Under the pieces are notes generated by a model. It saw nothing but the letters and a program-made list of their open reading frames with translations. It was not told the DNA's origin and ran no database searches. The position numbers and the translations under genes are program-made. Below, one piece after another: positions 8,927 through 19,114 of a DNA stretch of 64,000 nt; positions within the stretch are counted from its first letter, which is position 1, and every line of letters starts with the position of its first letter. The DNA comes from an uncultured Anaerolineae bacterium (GTDB taxonomy: Bacteria > Chloroflexota > Anaerolineae > SSC4 > Amarolineaceae). The stretch is from NCBI GenBank assembly GCA_964580725.1, contig CAZOLV010000002.1, positions 24,577 to 88,576 on the forward strand, written 5' to 3'.

Positions 8927-10684
8927 ATGATGCCTGAAACGCCGTTCACATCCCCATCAGCCGACCTGACTGCCGCCCTGGCGCCGTTCGAGGGCCGGGG
9001 ACGCGCTGACCTGCTGCCCTGCCTGCAAGCGGTGCAGCGCATCCACGGCTGGCTGTCACCGCAGGCGGCGGCTTGCGTCGCCGAGACGCTGCGCATCCCC
9101 GCCGCCGATGTCTTTGGCGTCATCGAATTCTATTCCATGCTCTACGAACAGCCGCATGGCCGGCAGATGCTGCGCGTCTGCGACGATGTCGCCTGCTACC
9201 TGGCGCACCCCATCAACAGCGAAGACGTGCGCGCCGCCATTGCCAGCCGTACCGGCCTGCGCCAGCATGGCCAGACCACCCCCGACGGTGCATTCACCCT
9301 CGAACTGATGCCATGCCTGGGCCGCTGCGCCGGCGCCCCCGCCCTTCTGCTCGATGACGCCCCCCTGCCCGCCGCCGCACTGCTCGACCATCTACACACC
9401 ACCCCCAATGCCCAGATTCCTCTTCCCGCCGCCCCATCGCCAATCCCCATCCTCGGCGAACCGGTTTTGACCGCCCACCTGCGCCAGCTCGACCCCTGGA
9501 GCCTGGCCAGCGGCGAGGCGCATGGCGCCTTTGCGGCGCTGCGCCATGCCCTGCACACCATGACCCCCGCCGAAGTCGTACAGGCCGTCGAGGCCTCCGG
9601 CCTGGTGGGGCGCGGCGGCGCAGCGTTTCCCACCGGCGTCAAGTGGCGCAGCGCAGCCGACGAACCGGCGACGCCCAAAATGGTGGTCTGCAACGCCGAT
9701 GAAAGCGAGCCGGGCACCTTCAAGGATCGGGCATTGCTGCTTGGCGATCCATTTCGCGTGATCGAAGCGATGGCGCTGGCCGCCTACGCCATTCAAGGAC
9801 AGGGGCAGGTGGGCGGCTACATCTACCTGCGCGGCGAATACGCCGACCTGGCGCCCCTGTTGGAAAACGCCCTAACCGCCTGCCGTCAGGCCGGCTATCT
9901 GGGCAAACGCATGCTCGACAGCAAGCTGAGTTTCGACATCACCTTGCGCCTGGGTGCTGGCGCCTACATCTGCGGTGAGGAGACCGCCCTGTTCGAATCC
10001 ATCGAAGGCAAGCGCGGCATGCCGCGCATCAAACCGCCCTTCCCCACCCAGGCGGGTTTGTTTGGCCAGCCGACGGTCATCGGCAACGTCGAAACCCTGT
10101 TCAACATCCCGCCCATCGTCCGTCGCGGCCCCGGCTGGTTGCGCCAGCACGGCACAGCGCAGTCGCCCGGCTGCAAGCTCTTCTGCGTCAGCGGCCGCGT
10201 GCAGCGTCCCGGCGTATACGAACTGCCGCTCGGACGGTCGCTGCGCCATCTGCTCTACGACCAGGCGGGCGGGCCGTTGCCCGGTCGTCGTCTGACCGCC
10301 GTTCTATTGGGCGGGGCAGCCGGAACATTCGTCGCCCCCGCTCATTTCGACGTGGCGCTCGACTGGCAGTCGTTGCGCGAGATCGGCGCAACGCTCGGCT
10401 CCGGCGCCGTCATCGCGCTCGACGATGCCGCAGCGCCCTGGGAGGTAGTTGGACGGGTCGCGCGTTTCTTTGCGCATGAGTCGTGCGGCAAGTGCTTTCC
10501 CTGTCAACTGGGCACGCAGCGCCAGGCGGAGATCGTGGAACGCCTGCGCAATGGCCAGCCTCGCCCATCCGACTGGCGCGATCTGGACGATCTGGCCGGC
10601 GCGATGCGAGACGCCTCGCTCTGCGGCTTGGGGCAAACCGCCTCCAGCGCCGTTTCGAGCGCCGTGGAGCTGTTTTCAGTCTGA
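8927..10684 (+). CDS. NuoE-NuoF-like fused diaphorase subunit (2Fe-2S, FMN/NADH-binding, 4Fe-4S) of an NAD-linked formate dehydrogenase
   Basis: VIEFYSML, CDDVAC, CLGRC..AP (NuoE); GRGGAAFPTGVKW, CNADESEPGTFKDR, GAYICGEETAL, HESCGKCFPC, SLCGLG (NuoF). Confidence 0.92.
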   Translation: MMPETPFTSPSADLTAALAPFEGRGRADLLPCLQAVQRIHGWLSPQAAACVAETLRIPAADVFGVIEFYSMLYEQPHGRQMLRVCDDVACYLAHPINSEDVRAAIASRTGLRQHGQTTPDGAFTLELMPCLGRCAGAPALLLDDAPLPAAALLDHLHTTPNAQIPLPAAPSPIPILGEPVLTAHLRQLDPWSLASGEAHGAFAALRHALHTMTPAEVVQAVEASGLVGRGGAAFPTGVKWRSAADEPATPKMVVCNADESEPGTFKDRALLLGDPFRVIEAMALAAYAIQGQGQVGGYIYLRGEYADLAPLLENALTACRQAGYLGKRMLDSKLSFDITLRLGAGAYICGEETALFESIEGKRGMPRIKPPFPTQAGLFGQPTVIGNVETLFNIPPIVRRGPGWLRQHGTAQSPGCKLFCVSGRVQRPGVYELPLGRSLRHLLYDQAGGPLPGRRLTAVLLGGAAGTFVAPAHFDVALDWQSLREIGATLGSGAVIALDDAAAPWEVVGRVARFFAHESCGKCFPCQLGTQRQAEIVERLRNGQPRPSDWRDLDDLAGAMRDASLCGLGQTASSAVSSAVELFSV

Positions 10685-11505
10685 TGGACGGTCTGGTTGC
10701 CTGTCGTTACGCTGTGTTCGAGCGAGGCGTCTGGCGCATGGTGGACGGCGCCGCGCCCGGCGAAGGATTCTTGCGTCTGCACGTCAACGGTCAGGAGTTG
10801 GCCACGCTGATGTGTTCCCCCTTCGAACAGGAGACCCTGGCGCTCGGCTTCCTGCGCGCCGAAGGGCTGATCCAAACAATGGACGATGTACGCCTGGCGA
10901 CGGTCTGCCCAAGCGGGTCTTGCGTGGATGTGTGGCTGCGCAACGCCCATTTCGAGCCGCCCCGCCGCGTCATCATCACCTCTGGCTGCGGCGGCGGCGT
11001 CACCTTCGACGATTTGGCCGGGCAGCAGGCGCCCATCGCCTCGATGCGACGCGTGCAGCCGGAGCAACTGATGCGCCTGATGAGCGAGCTGCAGGAGGCC
11101 GCCGAGTTATACCGCACGGCGCGCGGCATCCACACCAGCGGTCTGAGCGACGGCGAGCGCCTGCTGCTGGCGGCGCAGGATGTCGGACGTCACAACACCG
11201 TGGATCGCCTGTGGGGCAAGTGTCTACGTCTTGGCCAGGTCACCGATGACCTGATCCTGCTTTCCACAGGCCGCATCAGTTCTGAAATGCTCGGCAAGGC
11301 GGCGCGGATGGGCATCGCCATTGTCGCCAGCCGTACATCCCCCACGGCGCTCGCCATCGAACTGGCCCGCGCCTGGAACATCACCCTGATCGGCTACCTG
11401 CGCCCAGGCAGCCTGCGCACCTACAGCGCCCCCGAACGTCTGCATGCAGCCTTCGACGCCGCAGGCGCGGCCAGTGCAGAAGGCGGCGTGACGGGCGTCG
11501 CATGA
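10684..11505 (+). CDS. fdhD: Formate dehydrogenase accessory sulfurtransferase FdhD
   Basis: TLMCSP...LALGFL.AEG, TSGCG, DVGRHNTVDRL.G, STGRISSEM, SPTALA. ATG overlaps the upstream stop (TGATG). Confidence 0.92.
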   Translation: MDGLVACRYAVFERGVWRMVDGAAPGEGFLRLHVNGQELATLMCSPFEQETLALGFLRAEGLIQTMDDVRLATVCPSGSCVDVWLRNAHFEPPRRVIITSGCGGGVTFDDLAGQQAPIASMRRVQPEQLMRLMSELQEAAELYRTARGIHTSGLSDGERLLLAAQDVGRHNTVDRLWGKCLRLGQVTDDLILLSTGRISSEMLGKAARMGIAIVASRTSPTALAIELARAWNITLIGYLRPGSLRTYSAPERLHAAFDAAGAASAEGGVTGVA

Positions 11506-11545
11506 CCAATGGCACTTTCGAGCATTCACCCGCAGAGAGGTAACT

Positions 11546-11776
11546 ATGGCGCTCAATCAAGTTCACAACTACACCATTTGGCATCAGGCCGGCAGCGACA
11601 AGGCCGAGATTCGGCTTCTGCTCGATAACGGCTCGCTGGCGACCATCAGCAGCCTGCCGTTGGCATCGGCCAGTTTCATCATTGACATGCTGCGCAACGA
11701 AAAGCCGCTCTACTGGGACAGCGTTGCGCGGCTGATCTACACTTCCTCTTGGGAACCGGTGGGCGAGGAAGAATAG
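11546..11776 (+). CDS. Small hypothetical protein (76 aa)
   Basis: RBS AGAGAGGT; the ORF fills the gap between fdhD and the Fe-S subunit; C-terminus IDMLRNEKPLYWD...EPVGEEE. Confidence 0.75.
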   Translation: MALNQVHNYTIWHQAGSDKAEIRLLLDNGSLATISSLPLASASFIIDMLRNEKPLYWDSVARLIYTSSWEPVGEEE

Positions 11777-11788
11777 GGAGGCGGGCCG

Positions 11789-12529
11789 ATGGACGATTCA
11801 TCCGGGCGCCCGACGGTTGGCTCGGCGACCTGCGCCGTGGTCATTAACGGGCAGGCGACGACGGTGGCGGCGGGAACGACGATCCTGAAGGCCGCCGCCG
11901 CCATCGGCATCGAGATTCCGACCCTCTGCTATCACCCCAACCTGACGCCCAACGCCGTCTGCCGCCTGTGCGTGGTGGAACCGGCGCGTGGGCGTACGCT
12001 GATCCCGGCCTGCGTCGGGCCGTGCGTCGAGGGGCTGGAGGTGCATACCGACAGCGAGCGCGTCCTACGCGCCCGCAAGGTCATTCTGGAACTGCTCCAC
12101 GCCGCCGCCGACTGCTCGCAATCGCCGCAAATTGCCGAACTCAGCGCCCGCGCCGGCGCCGACCCGGCGCGCTTCGACGACGGGCCGCGCCGCCAGACGC
12201 CCATCGCAGACGACAACCCCTTCTTCGTACGCGACTACAGCCAGTGCATCCTGTGCTGGCGCTGCGTGCAGGTCTGCGCCGACGACGTGCAGAACACCTT
12301 TGCCTTGACCCTGGGGCAGCGCGGTTTTCAGACGCACATCGCCACCTTCTTCGATGCGCCGCTGCCAGAAACGACCTGCGTCTTCTGCGGCAACTGCGTG
12401 GAGGTCTGTCCCACCGGCGCGCTCAAGGGGCGCCAGGAGTGGCTCCTGGAACAAGGGCTGACCCTGGCAGAGGTCCTGGCGCAGTCTGGACGCCGGCGCA
12501 ACCGTGACCGGGTGACTCTAGCCGCATAG
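11789..12529 (+). CDS. Fe-S electron-transfer subunit (2Fe-2S + 2x4Fe-4S), NuoG-N/HoxU-like
   Basis: IPTLCYH...CRLCVVE...[34 protein letters not shown]. Confidence 0.9.
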   Translation: MDDSSGRPTVGSATCAVVINGQATTVAAGTTILKAAAAIGIEIPTLCYHPNLTPNAVCRLCVVEPARGRTLIPACVGPCVEGLEVHTDSERVLRARKVILELLHAAADCSQSPQIAELSARAGADPARFDDGPRRQTPIADDNPFFVRDYSQCILCWRCVQVCADDVQNTFALTLGQRGFQTHIATFFDAPLPETTCVFCGNCVEVCPTGALKGRQEWLLEQGLTLAEVLAQSGRRRNRDRVTLAA

Positions 12530-12568
12530 ACGCCGCCCCTGCACGGGGCAGCAAGAGGTAGAAACGGC

Positions 12569-14824
12569 ATGATTGCACATCACAAGACCCGCTCGACTTG
12601 CGCCTATTGCGGCGTCGGCTGTCAGGTCGAACTGCACACCGACGCCAACGGCGTGATCTATCGCGTCAGCGCCCCGGCAGACGTCGCGCCCAACTATGGC
12701 CGGCTGTGCGTCAAGGGGCGCTTCGGCCTGGATTTCGTCTATCATCCGAGCCGCCTGACCACCCCGTTGATTCGACGCGACGACGCCGAATCAACGGGAG
12801 GCCGGGCCGGGCGGGCGCGCCGGCGCCCGCTGGACATGGCCGATTTCCGCCCGCTGAGTTGGGACGAGGCGCTCGATCTGGTGGCGCAGCGACTGGTTGG
12901 CGTCAAGGCGCGGCATGGCGGGGACGCCATCGCCGCGCTCTGTTCGGCCAAAGCGACCAACGAGGACAACTACGTCTTTCAGAAGCTGGTGCGTCATCTT
13001 CTCGGCGCCAACAATGTGGATCATTGCGCCCGTCTCTGCCACGCCGGTTCGGTGACAGGCCTGCAAATGGCGATTGGCTCATCGGCCATGTCCAACGCCA
13101 TCGCCGAAATGCCCAACCTGGAGTGCTTCATCGTCACCGGCTCCAACACCACCGAAACGCATCCGGTCATCGCCACCTTCTTGAAACAGGCGGTGCGCAG
13201 AAACGGCGCCCGCTTGATCGTGGCCGATCCCCGCCACATCGAGCTGGTGGATTTTGCCGAAGTCTGGCTGCGTCAAAAGCCGGGAACCGACGTGATCCTG
13301 TGGCAGGCGCTGGCGCATGTCATCGTGCAGGAAGGACTCTGCAACGCCGCCTTCATCGCCAGCCGCACCGAAGGATTCGACGCCTATGCGCAGAGCCTGG
13401 CGCGCTGGACGCCCACGCACGCCGAGGCGTTGACCGGCGTACCAGCGCAGGACATCGTGCGGGCGGCGCGGCTCTATGCGCAGGCGGGGCGGGCGGCCAT
13501 CTACTGGGGCATGGGCATCAGCCAGAGTACGCACGGCGCCGACAATGCACTGGCGCTGGCCAATCTGGCGCTGCTGTGCGGTCACCTGGGCGCCGAGGGG
13601 ACGGGTCTCAATCCACTGCGCGGGCAGAACAATGTGCAAGGGTGCTCGGACGCCGGCGGGCTGTTCAACGTCTTTCCCGGCTATCAGCGCGTGGATGATC
13701 CGGCGCAGCGCGCCAAATTCAGTTGGGCCTGGGGAGCGCCGCTCAACCCGGAGCCGGGCCTGGCCACGCCGGAGATGGTGGATGGCGCCGGCAGCGGGGC
13801 CGTGCGCGCCCTCTACGTAATGGGTGAAAATCCGCTGATGAGCGAGCCGAATCTGGCCCATGCCCGGCGCTGTTTGGAGAACCTGGAGCTGATCGTGTGT
13901 CAGGACATCTTCTTCAACGAAACCTGTGCCTATGCAGACATCATCCTGCCCGCTGCCTCGTTTGCAGAAAAAGAGGGCACCTTCACCAACTCTGATCGTC
14001 GGGTGCAGCGGGTGCGCGCCGCCATCGAGCCGCCGGGGCAGGCGCGGGCCGACTGGCAGATTGTGTGTGACCTGGCGCGGCGGACGGCGGCGCAGTTGCA
14101 GGCGGCCGGCCTGGCGCCGGGTGCGCCCGGCGCCGATCTGCCGGCCGAGGCCCCGGCCGCCGTACACGACCTGGCGTTTGGCGCCTTCAGCGGTTACAAT
14201 TACAGGCATCCGGCGGACATCTGGCAAGAAATGGCGCACCTGACGCCGCCGTTTCAAGGCATCAGCTATGCGCGGCTGGAGGCAGAGGGAGGGGTGCACT
14301 GGCCCTGCCCCACGCCTGCCCACCCCGGTTCGCCCTATCTCTTTGCGGAGTCTTTTCCAAGTGGGCGCGGCAAATTCCACAGCCTGGACTTCCTGGAATC
14401 GCACGAACTGCCGGATGCCGACTATCCACTCATGCTGTCAACGGGGCGCGTGCTGTTTCATTGGCACGGCGGCACGTTGACCCGTCGTTCCAAATTGGAT
14501 CAAATCTACCCGGAAGCGGTGGTGGAGGTGCATCCAGATGACGCCGCCGCGTTGGCGCTTGCATCTGGATCGTGGGTCGAGGTGGCGTCACGCCGTGGGC
14601 ACATCGAATGCAAGGTGTTGGCGACGGGGCGCTCGCCGCGGGGCGTGGTCTTCTTGCCGTTTCACTTTGCCGAAGCCGCCGCCAACGAGCTGACCCTGCA
14701 CGATCTCGACCCGCTGGCCAAGATTCCTGACTACAAAGTGTGCGCCGTGCGCCTGACGCCGCTGGCGCGCCCCGCCGGCGCAGTTGCCGGAGTCAACAGC
14801 CCTGGCGCCCGGCGCGCCGCCTGA
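12569..14824 (+). CDS. fdhF: Formate dehydrogenase catalytic (alpha) subunit, Mo/W-bis-PGD, cysteine type
   Basis: [60 protein letters not shown]...KIPDYK. Confidence 0.95.
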   Translation: MIAHHKTRSTCAYCGVGCQVELHTDANGVIYRVSAPADVAPNYGRLCVKGRFGLDFVYHPSRLTTPLIRRDDAESTGGRAGRARRRPLDMADFRPLSWDEALDLVAQRLVGVKARHGGDAIAALCSAKATNEDNYVFQKLVRHLLGANNVDHCARLCHAGSVTGLQMAIGSSAMSNAIAEMPNLECFIVTGSNTTETHPVIATFLKQAVRRNGARLIVADPRHIELVDFAEVWLRQKPGTDVILWQALAHVIVQEGLCNAAFIASRTEGFDAYAQSLARWTPTHAEALTGVPAQDIVRAARLYAQAGRAAIYWGMGISQSTHGADNALALANLALLCGHLGAEGTGLNPLRGQNNVQGCSDAGGLFNVFPGYQRVDDPAQRAKFSWAWGAPLNPEPGLATPEMVDGAGSGAVRALYVMGENPLMSEPNLAHARRCLENLELIVCQDIFFNETCAYADIILPAASFAEKEGTFTNSDRRVQRVRAAIEPPGQARADWQIVCDLARRTAAQLQAAGLAPGAPGADLPAEAPAAVHDLAFGAFSGYNYRHPADIWQEMAHLTPPFQGISYARLEAEGGVHWPCPTPAHPGSPYLFAESFPSGRGKFHSLDFLESHELPDADYPLMLSTGRVLFHWHGGTLTRRSKLDQIYPEAVVEVHPDDAAALALASGSWVEVASRRGHIECKVLATGRSPRGVVFLPFHFAEAAANELTLHDLDPLAKIPDYKVCAVRLTPLARPAGAVAGVNSPGARRAA

Positions 14825-14866
14825 CGAGCTGCCTGCCGCGGCGCGTCCTGGCTGGATTGGCTGCGT

Positions 14867-15131
14867 CACGCCGAGCTGGCGCAACACAGCGAGCGTTTGG
14901 GGCGGCGGCGGCTGCCAGAGCCATCCCACCCGCAGCCAGAAGCCGGGCAGCGCTGCCGAGCGATAGATACCATCCTGGTCAGGCGCTATCAGACGGTAGA
15001 GGCCCTCTTGATCGAGCTGATAGAATTCGGCGCGCCTGGTTTGCGGACAACATCTGTTTGCGCAAGGGTCGCTCTGTCGGTTCAGCAGCAGAGATCACCC
15101 GTTCGACAAGATCATCGGTCAGGGTTCTCAT
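14867..15131 (-). pseudogene. Internally deleted Uma2 (DUF820)-like endonuclease remnant
   Basis: GGAGGT RBS and ATG at 15131 give MRTLTDDLVERVISAAEPTERPLRKQM; a different frame then gives PQTRRAEFYQLDQEGLYRLIAPDQDGIYRSAALPGFWLRVGWLWQ, which resembles a Uma2 C-terminus. The catalytic core is missing. Confidence 0.65.
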
Positions 15132-15258
15132 GCTTCACCTCCGAGGGCTTTCACAGCCGCGGCATGTGTGTGTGTGCGCTCTGTAAAAGCCCTCGTCTCC
15201 AGCTCAGGGGCTGTCACGAAATAAGCATTTCATCTGTGCCTCGTGGGTGAGCGTGTGA

Positions 15259-15333
15259 CGTAACATCTCAATAATTCGGGGCAAAGACCTGTCAGGTTTC
15301 CCCTACTTTTCCCCTACTTATTGAGATGATACC
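15259..15333. mobile_element. Miniature inverted-repeat element (MITE), copy 1
   Basis: Ends CGTAACATCTCAAT / ATTGAGATGATACC; flanked by the direct repeat GTGTGA (15253-15258, 15334-15339); core identical to the copy at 32647. Confidence 0.85.
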
Positions 15334-15409
15334 GTGTGACCTGCAACACTGATTGTATGACGTCCCCTGTGTATCGCGCAGACCGGCGTCGAAGGCAAGC
15401 CCTGCCTCG

Positions 15410-17764
15410 TTACGGCTGCAGTCGCAGCGTGTTGACCGCCCTGACCTGGTCGCGGTCGAAGCGCATCGGCAGGTAGACCACACCCTGCCAGCGGGCGATC
15501 AAATCGTCGTAGTGACCACTGAGCACATTGCCCGACTGGCCTGTGGTGTGCATGAAGCGGCTGTCGTTCCAGTCGCCCACGGTAATGATGTGCCGGTAGG
15601 AGGGCACGTGGCGCTGCGAAAAGGGCGCACTGGCGCGGAACGGCGCCACGTTGACGGTCGAACCGTCGCCGCCGTTGGCAATCTGGCGGCTGAAAATGCC
15701 CTTGAGCGCGCCCACCTGATCGAAGGGATTGTGCGGGAACACGGTGAAATGCACCTTGTCCCAACGCCAGCCTGCGATGTTGTCGTTGCCCATCCGCTCC
15801 GTCAGGTCTTCCAGCGCCGCTTGCAGCGCCGTGCGCTGCGCAGCGCCGCAATCCTCGACCCCCGGCGTCAGCACGTTGTCGCACCAGGGGCTGTTGGACT
15901 GATCGAGCGTTTGCGCTAGATAGGTGGGGTGAAAACCTTTCAGGAATTCCTCGCTCAGCGCCTTCCCCAGATCGTCCTCTAGCAGCGCCGGCTGCAGGTG
16001 CACCAACCAGGCGGCGTAGATGGCCGCCGCGGCGCTGTCCTGTCGCATGACGCCATCCCAGGTCTTGAGAATGTCGAGTGCCCGCGCCTGTTCCGGCGTT
16101 TGCGTGGGTGTGCGCAGCAGGTAGGGCAGCAGTTCCAGCGCTTGCAGTGACTTCTGATCAGCGTGCATGGCCGCCATGTCATCGGGCGACAGTGTGGTTT
16201 TCTCTTCGATCATCTGCACGATGCGATCGGCCCGATAGCGGGGCGCCCAGTCGGACGCCAGGAAGTAGGGGTAGCTGTCGGCGACGACCTTGTTGTTGGC
16301 AGTGGCGATGTAGCCGCTGGTGGGGTTGAAGTCGTGCGGCAGTTCGTCAAACGGGATGAAGCCGGTCCAGGCGTGTTCATCGTTCCAACCGGGCGAGGGC
16401 ATGTAGCCGTTGCCCGCCGCCCGCACAGGAATACGGCCAGGGCCGTAGTAGCCGATGTTGCCGTCCAGGTCGGCGTAGACAAAGTTTTGCGACGGCGTGA
16501 CGTAGGCGCGCAGCGCGCTGCGGAACTCGTCCCAGTTGCCCGCGTACATCACCCCCAGGAACGCCTCCAGCGTCGTGTCCCCCGGATCGAGCGCCGTCCA
16601 GCGCAGGGCCAACGTTGCGCCGGCGTCGCCGATGGCATCGCTGATGAGCGGGCCGTTGCGGCTGGCGCGGGCCGCCCACTGAATCGGCTCCTTGCGCCCC
16701 TTGACCTGAATCGTCTCGCTGACGATCGTCAGCGGCCGCCAGGCGCCGTTGACTTCTACCTCGTTGGGGTTGGCCGGGTTGACGCGCTCGACGTACAGGT
16801 CCTGCACGTCCGGCCCCAGATTGGTAACGCCCCAGGCAACGCGGTCATTGTGCCCGGTGGGAACGCCGGGCATGCCGGGCAGCGTTGCGCCGATGACGTG
16901 CAGGCGGTTGCCCTGAATGCTTGCCAGGTACCAGATGGAAGGAATCTGTGCGCCCAGGTGCGGGTCGTTGGCCAACAGCGGCTTGCCGGTCGTCGTGCGC
17001 GCCCCGCTGACGACCCAGTTGTTGCTGCCGATGTTCAGCGCATCGGCGCCGAGCAGCGCGTTGACCTGCTGCGTCAGTGCGACCAGCCCATCGGCGCTCT
17101 TGCCCAGGTTGGGTAGGATCAGCGACCCAGCGGCGGGATATTCGGGGAAGAGCTGTGCGGCGCGTTCGGCTCCCAGCGCCTGATAGATTTGTGCGCGCAG
17201 CAGCTCGGAATCATAATCGCCGCCCAGGTTCCAGGCCATCATCTTGGCCCAGACCATCACGTCGGCGGGCTGCCAGGGCGCCGGGCTGAAGCCTAGAATG
17301 GTGAATTCGACCGGCAGGGCTGGCTTGGCGGCCAGGAAGGCGTTGATGCCGTCTACGTATGCCTGCACTACCTGCTGTGCCTGCGGTGAAAGGGCATCCC
17401 AGGCCTGCTGCGCCGCACGGTACGTGCCGAGGGTGCGCAGGAACTTGTCGGTTTCAACGGTAGATTCGCCCAAAATCTCCGACAAGCGGCCGGCGCCGAT
17501 ACGGCGCTGAAACTCCATCTGCCACAGCCGATCCTGAGCATGGACATAGCCAAGCCCGAAGATCGCATCGAGGTCGTTGGCGGCGTAGATGTAGGGGACG
17601 CCATCAGGGTCGCGCACGATCTCGACCGGGCCTTGCAGCCCCTGGACTTTGACCGTGCCGTTGACTTGTGGGAGAGAACGACGCAGGAACAGGTACCCAC
17701 CAGCAGGCACCAGGATGAGCAGCGCCAGCACGATGCCGGCCAGTGTGAGAAGAACTCGACGCAT
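15410..17764 (-). CDS. Penicillin acylase family Ntn-hydrolase (peptidase S45), membrane-anchored
   Basis: N-terminal TM helix; RDPDGVPYIYA, GYVHAQDRLWQM, GSNNWVVSG..TTTGKPLLANDPHL, TTGQSG. Alternative GTG start at 17779. Confidence 0.93.
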   Translation of the reverse strand: MRRVLLTLAGIVLALLILVPAGGYLFLRRSLPQVNGTVKVQGLQGPVEIVRDPDGVPYIYAANDLDAIFGLGYVHAQDRLWQMEFQRRIGAGRLSEILGESTVETDKFLRTLGTYRAAQQAWDALSPQAQQVVQAYVDGINAFLAAKPALPVEFTILGFSPAPWQPADVMVWAKMMAWNLGGDYDSELLRAQIYQALGAERAAQLFPEYPAAGSLILPNLGKSADGLVALTQQVNALLGADALNIGSNNWVVSGARTTTGKPLLANDPHLGAQIPSIWYLASIQGNRLHVIGATLPGMPGVPTGHNDRVAWGVTNLGPDVQDLYVERVNPANPNEVEVNGAWRPLTIVSETIQVKGRKEPIQWAARASRNGPLISDAIGDAGATLALRWTALDPGDTTLEAFLGVMYAGNWDEFRSALRAYVTPSQNFVYADLDGNIGYYGPGRIPVRAAGNGYMPSPGWNDEHAWTGFIPFDELPHDFNPTSGYIATANNKVVADSYPYFLASDWAPRYRADRIVQMIEEKTTLSPDDMAAMHADQKSLQALELLPYLLRTPTQTPEQARALDILKTWDGVMRQDSAAAAIYAAWLVHLQPALLEDDLGKALSEEFLKGFHPTYLAQTLDQSNSPWCDNVLTPGVEDCGAAQRTALQAALEDLTERMGNDNIAGWRWDKVHFTVFPHNPFDQVGALKGIFSRQIANGGDGSTVNVAPFRASAPFSQRHVPSYRHIITVGDWNDSRFMHTTGQSGNVLSGHYDDLIARWQGVVYLPMRFDRDQVRAVNTLRLQP

Positions 17765-17847
17765 GAAAACGATCGCCACCTTTCCAATCTATGCAATTCT
17801 ATGCAATCTGACCCAATCTGAGAACAATGAAATCGCATTGTGCGCTG

Positions 17848-19089
17848 TCAGACCGTTTCGCCGCTCAAGATGATCTTGGCGGGAAAGTCCTTTTCGCTGC
17901 GTTGGGGGCGAATGACGCAGTTGCGCCCGATGCGGACGCCCGCAGGGATGCGCGCTTCGGTGCCGACGACGGTCAGGCCGGTGCTGAAGCGCGCCGGGTC
18001 GGCGCGATGGGGGGTATTGTCATCGCCGGCGCCCACCTCGGCCCCTGCGCCGACCACAACGTCGGTGTCAATGATGGCGCGATCCACAATGGCCCCCTCG
18101 CCGATGATGGTGTCGCGCATGATGATCGAGTCGCGCACCAGCGCTCCCGGCGCCACATAGACCCCCGGCGAGATGATCGAGTGTTCGACGCGTCCCTCGA
18201 TGCGGCAGCCATCGCAGAGCAGATTGCCATCGACGCGCGCCTCGGCGCCAACCCAGGCCGGCGGGCGCTCCTCGCTGCGGGTGTGGATCACCCAGCGCGG
18301 GTCGTCCAGCTCCAGGGCGGGTGTTTCGGCCAGCAGCGCCATGTTGGCTTCCCAGTAGGCTTGCAGCGTGCCGATGTCAACCCAGTAACCGTCGAAATGA
18401 TGGGCGAAGACGCGGCGGCGCTTGACCAGCGCCGGGATCACCTCGCGGCCAAAGTCAACCTGATCCTTGCCCTCGCGCAGCAGCCAGTCTACCAGCACCT
18501 CGCGCTTGAAAACGTAGATGCCCATCGAGGCCAGGGTGCTGCGGGTGCGGCGCGGCTTTTCTTCAAAGTTACTGATGCGCCCGTCAATCTCGGTCTTGAC
18601 CATGCCAAAACGATAGGCATCGTAGGGGCTGACCTCGCGCACGGCCAGAGTCACATCGGCGTTGCTCTGTTCGTGAAAGGCCAGCAATCTGCGATAGTTC
18701 ATCTTATAGACGTGATCGCCAGCCAGGATGAGCACCGTGTCCACGTTCTGTTCCTGCACAAAGCCGAGGTTGTAACGAATGGCGTCGGCGGTGCCGCGCT
18801 GCCAACCGCCCCCCTCACGCGTGGGGTAGGGCTGCAGCACACGCACCCCGCCGGTCGCACGGTCGAGGTCCCACGGCTTGCCCAGGCCGATATGATCCAT
18901 CAGTTCGCGGGGCTGATACTGTGTCAACACGGCCACGTTGTAGATGTCCGAATTGACACAGTTGGAAAGGACGAAATCAATGATGCGGAATTTGCCGGCA
19001 AACGGCACAACCGGTTCGGCCCGCTGCGTCGTCAGAACGCTTAGCGCCGGGCTTTCACCACCGGCCATGATCATGGCGAGCGTTTTCAT
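17848..19089 (-). CDS. Glucose-1-phosphate adenylyltransferase paralogue with a degenerate catalytic motif (GlgD-like)
   Basis: Full-length similarity to the adjacent GlgC, but the N-terminal motif reads [19 protein letters not shown]. Confidence 0.85.
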   Translation of the reverse strand: MKTLAMIMAGGESPALSVLTTQRAEPVVPFAGKFRIIDFVLSNCVNSDIYNVAVLTQYQPRELMDHIGLGKPWDLDRATGGVRVLQPYPTREGGGWQRGTADAIRYNLGFVQEQNVDTVLILAGDHVYKMNYRRLLAFHEQSNADVTLAVREVSPYDAYRFGMVKTEIDGRISNFEEKPRRTRSTLASMGIYVFKREVLVDWLLREGKDQVDFGREVIPALVKRRRVFAHHFDGYWVDIGTLQAYWEANMALLAETPALELDDPRWVIHTRSEERPPAWVGAEARVDGNLLCDGCRIEGRVEHSIISPGVYVAPGALVRDSIIMRDTIIGEGAIVDRAIIDTDVVVGAGAEVGAGDDNTPHRADPARFSTGLTVVGTEARIPAGVRIGRNCVIRPQRSEKDFPAKIILSGETV

Positions 19090-19114
19090 GATGTTTCTCT
19101 TTGCGCCTCCTGAC

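Noticed and set aside
12569..14824. Selenocysteine-containing formate dehydrogenase
   Set aside because: The active-site codon is TGC (CARLCH) and there is no in-frame TGA.
15164..15176. Short (TG)n run
   Set aside because: Too short to distinguish from chance.
15206..15230. GGGGCTGTCACGAAATAAG resembling an IS end
   Set aside because: No partner inverted repeat or transposase found in the window.
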